Shown piece by piece: positions 24,951 to 36,499 of a DNA stretch of 64,000 nt. The position numbers and the translations under genes were made by a program. The stretch covers positions 62,620,001-62,684,000 of the forward strand of contig NC_083282.1 in assembly GCF_963506605.1 (NCBI RefSeq). The letters run 5' to 3'. The notes under the pieces were generated by a model that saw only the letters and a list, made by a program, of their open reading frames with translations, did no database searches and had not been told where the DNA came from. This DNA comes from Zootoca vivipara. Lineage: Eukaryota. Each line of letters begins with the position of its first letter. The first letter of the stretch is position 1.

Positions 24951-26009
24951 CTATGATTGAATGGCTAGTGTTGGCCATTCTCAGTACAACAGTTTTGCAA
25001 TACCTGAAAGCTTGAATATTCACTATCCAAAGCAGGTTAATGACAAGCTACTGAGTAAATAAATAAATAAAATATTCAACCTTTACAATATGTAGTAACT
25101 CCTTTTGTCTGACCTAACACACATACACTGTAGGCAATCTCACACAAACTGTGAGATTGATTACCTCTCACAAATGAGCACCAGCATCAGGTCATGTTAT
25201 CATACTGCCTCATTTGTTCCCTTTAAATGTTTGTGCAGAAGTAGGAAGGTGAGGTGTGATTTCCATAGAAAACATATTTTGAAATATGTTTTCTGCTTGA
25301 TGAGGTTTCGGGCCTCCTAAATATCTGTTCTTGCACGATTCTCAAAGCAGTGATTGCACATGAAATCGAGTCTTTATAGACTGGAGGGGAAAATATCTAT
25401 TTCATTTGTGTTTTTTGAACAGAGCGTACAATGGGAAGAGTATTGATATGCAAGGCAGCTGGGCAACAGAATTTTCTGTAAGCAGCCATCAGAGATTCAA
25501 TCTTCCCAGTCTCATTCAGGCTAGCTTAGCAAAGAGCATATGTTTCATTGTAGTTTTCAGGCAACCTTCTTTCCCTGCTGCACATCCATATTTATGGTCC
25601 CCCAAATTCATTTAATTTAATTTAATTTAATGAGAATTTATCACCTCAGTTAAGGCATATGTTTTCAGTACAGCTGGATATGCTTTATGCAAATCTGATA
25701 TTTTATGGAAGAGATGAGGAAAACAGAAAGACTGGCAGCCCATTTTACACTGCTATGCATGTATTTCCATTACTGCAGTGCTGGGGAACCTCTGGCCCAC
25801 CTCAGATATTGTTGGACTGTAACTCCCATCAGTCCTAGTCATTGTGTTGGGCATAATAGGAGTTGTAATCTAACAAACGTTTTGAATGGGGTAGACAATG
25901 TGGTGCCCTCCAGATGTTGCTGGACTACAGCACCCATCATCCCTAATCACTCGGCAAACTGGCTGGGATTGATGGGAGTTGGAGACCACCAAGTTCCTTA
26001 GCCTAGTAT

Positions 26010-27200
26010 TCCTGAATTGTTTATGATAATACAAGCTCACTTCGAAGTGCTTGGTAGCTGCCCCTCAAGGTACCACTAATATATTGACTGCAGAGAGATG
26101 ACTGATAACACAAAATGATCACAAAATGGCACCTCTCTGTTTGCAGATCATCTCCCCTCTCATTCTTTACCAAATACAGCTTTTTCTGCTTGGATATCAG
26201 ATCATTATCAAAACTCAACATGTCACAGGCAGACAGAATTTGCTGTATGTCTTCCATTACCTCCGCCTTCTTTTCCTTTCTCAATATCACTCCCCAGTCT
26301 TAGCAAGTGAAGAGCTTGGGCATTATCTCTGATCCCTTTTTGTGAGGTTTGTGAGTTCTCTCTTTAATATTTTTAAACTTACAGTGCAATCCTATGCATG
26401 CCTCCACAGAAATAAGTCCCCTTAAAATTCAATGGGGTTTACAGTGCAACTCCAGCCATTCCTCATTTGGATGGTTGAGGGGTTAAGATACTGCATAGTC
26501 CTCTCTCTGCTGGCCTCTCTTGGTAGAGAGGCATGCCACCTCCTGGGTGGGGAGTAGGCTGCATTGCAGTAGAGGCACCACCTTTGCTTATTGTATTACC
26601 ACTAAACCCCCTGGAGCTGGAGTAGCAAAACATCAGAAAAAGGACATCCACACCCTGCCTCTTCCTGCATTCTGGCCAGAGTGAGCTGACAGGGTTTGGG
26701 GATGCAGCACTTTACTCTGCCAGGTTAGGATTGCTCTGCCTGTCCCAGGGAAATGTGTACAGAATTGCAATCTGAGTTCTGTCTTGTCTACTGATTGTAC
26801 TAAAACCCTTATTCAGACCCTCATGCTATATTTTCTACACCACACTGATTATTAAAATGTATTCCACCTTAAACCTGTTATCTCTGCTCTCAACTCTCCT
26901 GCTTGCTTAATTTTTTTCTTCCCACTTTAATTATCTTATAATTCTTCACTGTTACGTTATCTGATATCTTCCTCTTCACTGCTTTCCTCTAGTATTTCAT
27001 ATTATATAGCAGCTTTTTCTAACCTTTAAGTCTCGTCTTCATCATATTTTCTGTACTTATCTGTCTTCATAGCTTCTCTCTATTCTCTTTGGTCCTGCTG
27101 TCAATTGCCTTGTGCTTGCTTCTCATCGGTGTGCTTTTGCTCTCGCAACTCATCATGCATGGAATGCTTTTCTTTCAGATATTTGTCCACAGCAGCAGTG
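26010..27200 (-). mobile_element. Possible ancient L1 ORF1-like remnant split by a MITE (~26378-26772)
   Basis: The minus strand is strongly purine/A-rich with K/E-rich broken reading frames. No diagnostic motif was recognised. Confidence 0.3.
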
Positions 27201-27869
27201 ATGTGGTGGGGTAGAGCTACAGGATTATCCCCCCAACACAACTTACCTGGACAGGGCTGGGGTAGGTAACAGCAAGCTGAGAGCTGCACAGATGTACTAG
27301 CAGAGTCAATCTGATGCTCCTGCCGGTGCATCTTTACCGGCCAAAATTACCACCGCCGTGCCTCACCCCAGGCCCATCCAGGGAATGAACAGCTGAAGAG
27401 ATGTATTGTATACAGTGTTCTCTGTCTGCTAGCGCAAGGGCTCTTGCGCTAGCAGACATTTGAGTTTTAAGGTTGCACAACAAGTTGTACTAATGGCAAC
27501 TTGTTGGGCCACAGATGGTCCAATCTACTGTGCAGCAAAGTTAGCAGCAACTTGCTACTGCATTCTTTTGCATAAGAATGTTCCACTGGTGCAAAACATT
27601 TCACCAGAGGAACAAGTATACCACTAACTGATGTTAATTTCATCGGTTTGCATTTCTTAGTGCAGAAAGTATTAATCTGATGTGTAGAGATCTTTCCTAT
27701 CCTGATTAATAGACGAGGATTTTGGAAGCTATTGGAAGCTTCTCTGTATGAAAGAAGCTTCATGATTGTTTGGGTTATACCTTCTGGGAAGCTGGTTTAA
27801 ACTGGTTCTCTTATCTCAGGATGGTTCAGGTTTTACTTTCTTTTTCTATCTCTCTTCCTTTGGGTGTGG

Positions 27870-28739
27870 TGTTCTGTACATACCGGTAGTATGCTTAGTG
27901 TTAAGGTTTAGTCTTGTTATAGGTTTATAAGTTTTGTAAATGCTGCAAAGTGTGTCCTCCCTTAAAGAGGGCACGTGTTGCGGTGAGACCTGGAGACTGA
28001 CTTCCTGGTTGCGGGTTGGTTTATTGGATAGCCACAACACCCGATTGGTAGGTCCCTCATTGCTGGGTTTAATCTGGCCAATGGGGTGCAGTCTAAATGG
28101 ATCGAGGGACCTATATATACACCTAAGCACGTGACCCAGAGCTTCCTCTTTCGGCTCGTGCATCGGAACACCTGCCCACCTCTCCCTACTTTTAGGGCAT
28201 TTTGCGATTGACCTTGCTATGCCGTCGTGTGTCGTTGGGACAGGGCCACGGCAGGAATTTCCCCCACTTGGCTGATTGGCTGTTGCCATTTGGGTTTCGC
28301 TTGCTGCGTAGCAAATCGTCACAACTTGTAAGGTGCGGATAGGCACTGGTTCAAGTGATAGGGATGGGAGAACGGTCTCGCCATCCCTATGTGAAAGGAT
28401 CCCTATGTTAAAGGAATCCAGGGACTCAACTTGGTTTTGTCAACCCCTGAGAGGGGGTTGTGCCCATGCCTGAGTCCAGGGGAGCATCTGGGGAATGAAC
28501 CGAGTCTGTTTCCGGGCTTTTCACCTACCTCAGGTGTCTGTTCACCCTTGGTTGACCTATGATAGAGCTCTGGGTCAGTGCTGCATGCAAGGGTGCAGGG
28601 AGCTAGTCAAACCAGAGCCTATGCAACCCCTCACTTTTCTGTAATCAATAAAGTTGTGGCCTAAATTCTGCCAAAAACCAAAACTAAAATTTGAGTCAAA
28701 TGTGTGTTTATTTAGGAGGAAGGTCTCTGGGTCTGAACA
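27870..28739 (+). mobile_element. Probable solo LTR (~870 bp)
   Basis: Termini TGTTCTG...CTGAACA, TATA (CTATATATA ~28111) and AATAAA (~28647) in LTR order, and CpG-richer than the flanks. The TSD is only degenerate (TGTGG/TGCAA). Confidence 0.6.
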
Positions 28740-29720
28740 TGCAACCAAATTTGTTATGGACTGTGCCTATCCTGAATGTACTGGATTTGTGACCATTATG
28801 GTTTTTTGCCTTCAGTAGTATGTAAAGCTCTGCTGGATGAAGTACAATTGCCTCTGGTCTATTTTTTGGGAACCTCTGTTTTTTCCTCCATATGCACGAC
28901 AAATTTATCACTATATTGGACACAATCTGAAAGAAAAAGAAAATTGCTTAAAAAAACCCCCTGTTCTTAAGAGTCTATCTCCATAGTCTGCAACTGCTTA
29001 GATGGGTGCGAGGCCTATTGAATGCAATGAGATATACATGCATCGGACCACACTGAGCAGTTGTCTTCTATTCAATTCAATATAGTAAACGTGAATTGCC
29101 ATTAAGGCTACCTTTATGCATGGGATTTCATATTCAGGCCTTTCCTATCATTGAAGGAGAAAACCTTGTTCAGCAAAGAAACTTGAAATGAGACAAATTG
29201 ATTCTGCCAGATTGTGAAAGTATCACTTTGCCATTTGTTCTGAATGCCTGACACCAGAATGCTGCCCCCAAAACGCCATTCTTTGCAAAGCTCAGAGAGC
29301 ATTGCCATGCGCTAAATTGTTCAATAAAACCCGGCACCCCTGCAGGATCTTTGGAAGGAACGGCGGCAGAATACAAGTTTGCTTTCTCATGCCCAGTATT
29401 CCTTAAAACACTGGAATTGTAAAGCCCTGCATTGATTGTAGGAAATACCATCTAGTCTTCAGTTTCTCTTCTAGGAAGCAAACACTATTTGCAGGGGCAG
29501 AAATACGTGTGTTGTTGTTTTTTTTGTAATCAGCCTGTCCGATTCATTACTTAGGTGGAGAGGGAAGTGAGAATTGTCACTTGCCATCAAGGTGAGCCTA
29601 CCAATTCAGGCAGCAGATGGAGACAGGTGGCAGATCAGTGCCTGTCCCCAAGCCCACCCACCTCTCTTTCAAGCCTATAGCCCTCGTGCACTGCAGCATG
29701 GCCTGCCACCCACTGCCATT

Positions 29721-29721
<1 letters not shown>

Positions 29722-29756
<35 letters not shown>
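29722..29756. repeat. (CTG/CAG)n trinucleotide microsatellite, intronic
   Basis: Direct reading, about 11-12 units. Confidence 0.95.
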
Positions 29757-29757
<1 letters not shown>

Positions 29758-32251
29758 AGTGGTTGCGACCAGCCCCTTCCAAGCCCAGCAGCCCCTCCTA
29801 TAGGACTATAGGAGCACTGCTGCCACTGCATAGCACACAACAGAGGGAGAGGAGCAGCAGTTAAGTGGTAGAAGCAAATGCTTTGCATGCAAGACAAGAG
29901 TCCCAAGTTCAATGCCTTGTTTCTACAGTAAAAAGAACTAGCAGGTGATAGGGAAAGGCCTCTGTGAGCTGCTACCAGTCAGAGGAAACAGTACCTGAAA
30001 AGTAACTGCAGGGAACTGCAGTGCTATTGCTTCTCAGGTGAACCACATGAACCATGTGATTTTTTTAATTAATATTACAAAAAACACATTATTCCTGCAG
30101 TGCATGAGTCTGGACACTGATGCCTCCAAAAGACAAAGACCAAAAAGAAAAGAACAACAACAAGTATCGAGCTCTAGCTAAGGAATAAATCACCCCAAGA
30201 CTCCAACTGAATGAGCATCCCTTGTGGGGAAAACACACACTTATTATGGTTACATTAAAGAGATAAGAAGACTCCTGCTGGATCAGGCCAAAGGCCCAAC
30301 TAGTCTAGTATTCACAGCGACCAAGCACTGTAAGTAGCTTCCTTTTTCCATTTTTTTCTCCCCCACCCCACCCCCATGCATTCTTTTTAACTCACGCACT
30401 TGTCTTTTTCCACTCTGCTGCTTTCTCAGGAATGAATGGAAGTAACGCCAAATGCTAAATGAAAGTGATTATGGAAATTATACACTGCCCGCCTATGCAG
30501 GGGCAGTTAGCTTCCTTTGATAAGCACATGCCATAATGTATTATCCACTTTTCGCCAAGAATGGAGCGCAGGGAGAAATGCAATATACCACAAGGAACAA
30601 GATGTTCTGCAGTTCATGTGGGAATTATGTCCCATAAATCATATATCTTCTGGGCAATGTGCAGATTTTCTTAATTAAAAAACCTCTTTGAATCGTGGAA
30701 AGTAAACAAGCTTTGGACAGGTGCAAAAGTTGTTCACTTACTTTGTTAAGACGATCAATGCGTTTTCAAGTTCCTTTAGCAATCTAAATGCCCCTAGGGA
30801 CAGGCTTAAATTTGTGTACCATTTTCAATACTGGGATTGAGTTATGGTATACGTGAAGTAATAAAGAAAAGTGCCTCTGAACATGTGCAATGTCCTTTTC
30901 TCCATACACTGAGCAACTCCAGCCTCTCACTAAATGCTTAGGATTAAGGAATAGGACTCACAAAGTGTTCATGCCTTGTTGGCAGTTAATACTGTAAGGG
31001 ATGCTGCTGCTGCAGGCAGCTGGAGCTGTGCTTTGTCTTTAACATCAGGCTTCACAAAAATATGCTGCACAAAGCAGCAGCCGCAGCAGGGGAGATCCCT
31101 TTAGCACTGAGCTACACAGACTCCTTGTTAAGACAGAGCAGAAAAACTGCAGTGGCAAAGCGAAGCTAGAGATAAACTTTAGAAAGAAAACTAGAAAGAA
31201 AGACAGTAGATGGCAAACATCAATAAGTCCTAATAACGAAAAATACCTTATGATGTCTATTTTTTTATTTTAAAAAACCCTCATGGGAATAGGTTATAAC
31301 TTGCATAGTTTGAAAACATTGTGCATTGGCTGCTTAAATTTGCAAATCTGAACTGTTGATCACACACTAGCTGAGAAAGATAAAGATTCACCTGTTCCAA
31401 TTCCACAGTGATAGGCTCAAGGGACAGGAGCCATCGACATCCAATCTGGCAGGTGCCCCAAAACTCTTTCTGATCTGACCTCTTGGGCAACTGACATCTG
31501 CTCCAAACAGGAGCAACACTTTCATCCACTCTAGCCTCATGTGGCTTTATATGAATATTTTTGCAGAGCTCAAAAGCTAGAGAGAAATGGTGGCTCCCCC
31601 CCCCCCAATGACTTGCCCAACTGGAAAAGAAAATCAAAATGCACGTCTCTTTATGCAAAATATTAATTTAACAAATTCACTGCAGTGAATGAATTAGTCA
31701 CAAAGAGTCTCTAATATGTGGATATGGCTTTTTGGAGAGCTGGACCTCACCTGGTCCCTGCTGGCACACCTCTCTTTGTTCATTCTCGAGGCCAAGCAGT
31801 GAAGCCAGCCGGCGTGACAGCAGGCAGCTGCCTTTGTAAGCAGGCAACAGAAAGTCAATAGACAAAGCCCTTAATAGAAATGAAACTGCCTGTTTACCTA
31901 GGAATAGTAAACATCCAGATTTCCCCTCTGGTTACAGCACTGAATTCAATCAACTTTTTAGTTCTTAATATAGTTCAGCAGGGGAATAGAGGAGAGGGTG
32001 GGAGCCTAGGAATACTTGTGGCAATCTAAATAAGGAATGGCTCTCAAAATGACAGCAAGAACATGGATTAAAGTGGCAGAAAGCATGCTCTGCTTGAGGG
32101 CCTTGAGCCTTGCTTCTGTCCATGCTGTAAAGGCAGGCTGTGATGCCTGGAAGAAAGCTGTCTACATCTTACAATATGGGAAATGAACCTAAGGAAACCT
32201 GCCTTCAAGGAAGAGTTTGCCTGAAGGGTTGCTATGAAAAACTGCAATAAA

Positions 32252-32253
<2 letters not shown>

Positions 32254-32294
<41 letters not shown>
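32254..32294. repeat. (CT)n microsatellite
   Basis: Direct reading. Confidence 0.9.
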
Positions 32295-32298
<4 letters not shown>

Positions 32299-32781
32299 CT
32301 CTCTCTCTATCTCAGGGAGGCAGTTACATTCAAGAGCACCACGACTAGCAGAATTTCCTATAGCAAGCAAAGCATCACTTTCAGATCCTGCAGTACAATT
32401 CACGTAATTTGCGTGCAAACACCCAGGATGCCACATACAGTATCTGGATAAAAAAACTGACCTATGCACACATTTTAAGAACCATAAATCCTAAACCTGC
32501 AATCTTTATTTTAAAAAATGGAACAGCCAATCACAAAGCACTTCAGTTCAGATAGTCACAGCCTCTCCAACATGATCCACCTGGGCTACCGATTCATTTT
32601 ATTAACATTAGAGCAGCTGAAGAAGGAGCAACTCAAACTTTAATCTCTGTGTTTCGTTAATCACTGTATATGTATGTATATAACTATATCTAGATATATA
32701 GGGTTCATTCAGATGACCTGTTGAGTATTCATCACAATTTGCATTCACAGAGGTTAAGCATATTTATTGAGCATTCTGATT

Positions 32782-33277
32782 TAGAATCATAGAATCATAG
32801 AATCATAGAGTTGGAAGAGACCACAAGGGCCATCCAGTCCAACCCCCTGCCAAGCAGGAAACACCATCAAAGCATTCCTGACAGATGGCTGTCAAGCCTC
32901 TGCTTAAAGACCTCCAAAGAAGGAGACTCCACCACACTCCTTGGCAGCAAATTCCACTGCCGAACAGCTCTTACTGTCAGGAAGTTCTTCCTAATGTTTA
33001 GGTGGAATTTTCTTTCTTGTAGTTTGAATCCGTTGCTCCGTGTCCGCTTCTCTGGAGCAGCAGAAAACAACCTTTCTCCCTCCTCTATATGACATCCTTT
33101 TATATATTTGAACATGGTTATCATATCACCCCTTAACCTTCTCTTCTCCAGGCTAAACATACCCAGCTCCCTAAGCCGTTCCTCATAAGGCATCGTTTCC
33201 AGGCCTTTGACCATTTTGGTTGCCCTCTTCTGGACACGTTCCAGCTTATCAGTATCCTTCTTGAACTGTGGTGCCCA
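32782..33277 (-). mobile_element. Young CR1 LINE 3' end
   Basis: Intact ORF2 C-terminus MVKGLETMPYEERLRELGMFSLEKRRLRGD...VFKQRLDSHLSGML* and an (ATTCTATG)n tail. Confidence 0.95.
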
Positions 33278-33753
33278 AACTATTTGTTTGCATAGTGTTT
33301 ATACATCATTTGTGCACCCTTCACACTTTGGTGTAGTTCCCCATCACTTTCCTAACTGCAAAAAGTAATTTGTGTGTGCGTGTTTTAAAGCACATTTGTT
33401 GTGCTAGGGTGCCAGAGCACTTTTAAAGGACATTTTAAAGCACTTTTAATCCACTTTAATTGCACAAACCTAAAGTATGTTTGAACCCCTCCTTTAAAAT
33501 AGCAGAAAGGATGATGAACAATTCAGCTTAGTGTTCTGTGATGAAGGGAAGGAATTAAAGAGAGTGGGGTGTGTGTGGAAGAAACAGTATCACAAAGCAT
33601 AACAAAGTCTTAAAATGCTAGAGAGCTGGCAGTCTAACTTGAACATACATGGTGCACCCCGTTTTAGAATATAATTTTCAGTTCTTATCATCATCAGTGC
33701 ACAAAGCCAAGTGTGGCCACAGGTTTCTTCAGCGAACCTTGATGATACATGTG

Positions 33754-33843
33754 CATAGCTGTCAAGTTTTCCCTTTTCTCGCGAGGAAGCCTATTCAGCA
33801 TGAGGGAATTTCCCTTTTAAAAAGGGAGAACTTGACAGCTATG
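33754..33843. mobile_element. 90-bp hAT MITE (CATAGCTGTCAA family)
   Basis: TIR CATAGCTGTCAAGTT...AACTTGACAGCTATG and TSD TACATGTG/TACATGCG. Confidence 0.85.
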
Positions 33844-33893
33844 TACATGCGAATGATGTTTGCACTCCTTTCAAATAGGGAATGTCTTCCTTG

Positions 33894-34437
33894 CAGTGGC
33901 AGAGGAAGCCGCTGCGTCACCCGGGGCGGCAAATTGCCGTGCACCGGGGGGGGGGGTCGTTGCCCCCCCGCGATTTCAAAACGGAGCCTCCAGCCTCCTG
34001 ATAGAAAGCCCACTGGCACAGCGGGTGCACCACGCCGAGCGAGGCTTTGTACCGGGAGGCTGGAGGCCTTCTGTTTTGAAGTCGTGGGGGGGGGGAGATC
34101 CCCCTGTACATATCACATATCACACATGCGCAGCGCGATGCTATGCATGCGTGGCACATAGAGGGGGATCGTGCCCCCCCGCAACTTCAAAACGGAGCCT
34201 CCAGCCTCCCAGTAGAAAGCCTCGCTCAGTGCGACGGGTGGGTACCACCCTAGAGCTGGAGGGGGGTGACAGCCGGTGCCCCCGACTCCCAAGCCGTGCC
34301 TCCAGCCTCCCAAGTCGAGCACACTTTTTACTGGGAGGCTGGAGGGGCTGGCTTGGGAGTCGCGGGATGGGGCACTGACTGTCACCCCCCCCCCAGAGTG
34401 GAACCCGGGGCGGATCGCCCCCCTTGCTATGCCCCTG
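33894..34437. mobile_element. GC/CpG-rich non-autonomous hAT element with internal repeats
   Basis: Ends CAGTGGCAGAGGAAG...CTTGCTATGCCCCTG with perfect 8-bp TSD CTTCCTTG. Confidence 0.8.
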
Positions 34438-34926
34438 CTTCCTTGCAATTCAGGTGAACCCTCTCCAGTCATTTTAATCCTCTGAAAACAGCCCCCAGTG
34501 CTACTTCACTCACATTGTTTTCCCCTAGTTACAAATGAAATCAAGCAATTTCATTTGCCACAACAGAAGACAGAAGTACAGCGATCAGCCACCCAAGTGA
34601 TGGCTCCTTCTCTGCAACACTAGTAATTACACAGTTCAGAAATAGCAGCTATCTGTTCCACAAGGTACTTCATAAAGGTGCTGAGAAAATGCTAGCAAGG
34701 ATCCGCAAGACAGGGAAGTTAATCAGCTGCTAATGAAATGCGTGCAGTTCTAGAGCATAACACAGCACCAGTACAACAGTGACAAGAATAAGAATGAAAT
34801 CACACGTGCATTTTAAAGTGCTTGAATGAACTTCCTCCACTTCAGTTAATGTGTATTATTATTACTATTCAAAAGTTTCCAGCTTTAAATGTCAACCCAT
34901 CCTCTACATCTCTGGGCTTCTAGATG

Positions 34927-35283
34927 CATACGCTCCAAGATTTCTCTGATGAAAATAGGGATGTCCTATCTAATAATAATAATAATGAATACCCCACCCA
35001 TCTGACTGGGTTGTCCCAGCCACTCTGGATGGCTTCCAACATAATAAAATATTAAACAATAAAAAAACTTCCCTCTACAGGGCTTCAAATGTCTTCTAAA
35101 GGTTGTATAGTTACTTTTCTCCTTGGCTAAGTGGTCGCATAACTCCATACCCTCCAACATCTCTCCCATGAAAATAGGGATGTCCTAGGGAAAAGAGGGA
35201 TGTTCCAGGATCAGATCAGAAACCGGGACGGCTTCTGTACATCTGGGACTGTCACTGAAAAATAGGGACACTTGGAAGGTCTG
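34927..35283. mobile_element. Composite hAT-like MITE with duplicated left end and an embedded L2 tail
   Basis: CATAC(G/C)CTCCAA...GAAAATAGGGATGTCCT occurs at 34927 and 35146. The right end is TTGGAAGGTCTG. Confidence 0.6.
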
Positions 35284-35388
35284 ATCCTGTTGGACTCCAA
35301 TTCCTACCAGTCCCAGATAGGTCAAAGATCAGGGATGATGGAAGCTGTAATCCAACAACACTTGAAAGGCCACAGACCCCCCACCTAA

Positions 35389-35797
35389 GGAATAGGTGAA
35401 TCTGTCAAATTTGGCTTCTCTTCTCAAATTTAAGTTCAGCTCTCTTCAGTTCTACACCAGTTTACAATTTGAAAAAAGGAATAAGTCTTCATGAACACCC
35501 ACCAGATTTTTAGTGTGAATTGTTCCTAATATTGCACAAATTTGTGTGTGTGCATTTCCCCCTAATATAATGCATTCTGTATCTTATTGTCACTAATATA
35601 TGCATTCTCAGACACACATTAGTATATGCATTTTTGTACACATTACATGGTTGGAGAACTGTAAAATCTAGACAAATGCAAATTTCAAAGGATGGCTGTG
35701 TTTTGGTTTGAATATTGATTCAGTTGCATATTGCTTTGGAAAATACAGATTAGGTAGATTCACCTTCAAACTGCATATAATTCCTCCCCCAAGCCTT
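35389..35797 (+). mobile_element. Old hAT-like element (TAGGGATG-terminus family)
   Basis: Shares GGAGAACTG...AAGGATGGCTGTG...AATT(C/T)CTCCCC with 57660-58033 and, on the opposite strand, 47542-49356. Confidence 0.55.
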
Positions 35798-36145
35798 CTC
35801 TGCAGGAGAAAACACTCCCCCTTTTTTGCTTCGCTTGGACTTCCCTGTAACAAGCTTTCGTTGGGGGCCCACACCTCTACTCTCCAGTGAAACCAGTAGC
35901 TTAAAACCTTGACAGTTTCACAAAGGCCCATTCCAGATCTTTTTAATTAAAGTTAATTCTGTGCATACCAATATTGGCTGACATACATTTCATCTTGTGT
36001 TTTTAAATTGAAAACCCCTTTTCCGCAGAACACATTTTAAAATTATAATCAACAATAATAAAGCACATTAAACAGCATATTTAAATCCAATGAATCGTAA
36101 TTAATGACCAAAACATCAATACATTGCCATGTCTACCCAAGCATA

Positions 36146-36499
36146 AAGGGGCCCCTGACCATCAGGTCCAGTCGTGTCCAACTCTGGGGTTGCGGTGCTC
36201 ATCTCGCTCTATAGGCCGAGGGAGCCGGCGTTTGTCTGCAGACTGCTTCCGGGTCATGTGGCCAGCATGGCAAAGCTGCTTCTGGCGAACCAGAGCAGTG
36301 CACAGAAACACCGTTTACCTTCCTGCCGGAGCGGTCCCTATTTATCTACTTGCACTTTGATGTGCTTTCGAACTGCTAGGTGGGCAGGAGCTGGGACCGA
36401 GCAATGGGAGCTCACCCCGTTGCAGGGATTCGAACCGCCGACCTTCTGATCAGCAAGCCCTAGACTCTGTGGTTTAACCCACAGCGCCACCTGGGTCCC
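36146..36499 (-). mobile_element. Sauria SINE
   Basis: Reverse complement of the 612-961 family, with perfect 14-bp TSD TCTACCCAAGCATA (36132-36145 and 36500-36513). Confidence 0.93.

Noticed and set aside
26021-26290. Nested gene exon (89-aa K/E-rich ORF)
   Set aside because: There is an upstream in-frame stop, no convincing splice sites and no recognisable homology. A decayed LINE is more likely.
29574-29912. PolyQ / polyC / polyL ORFs
   Set aside because: This is an intronic (CAG/CTG)n microsatellite with no splice or homology support.
33649-34485. Several 120-170 aa overlapping ORFs
   Set aside because: They arise from stop-poor GC-rich MITE sequence bounded by a TSD and show no domain similarity.
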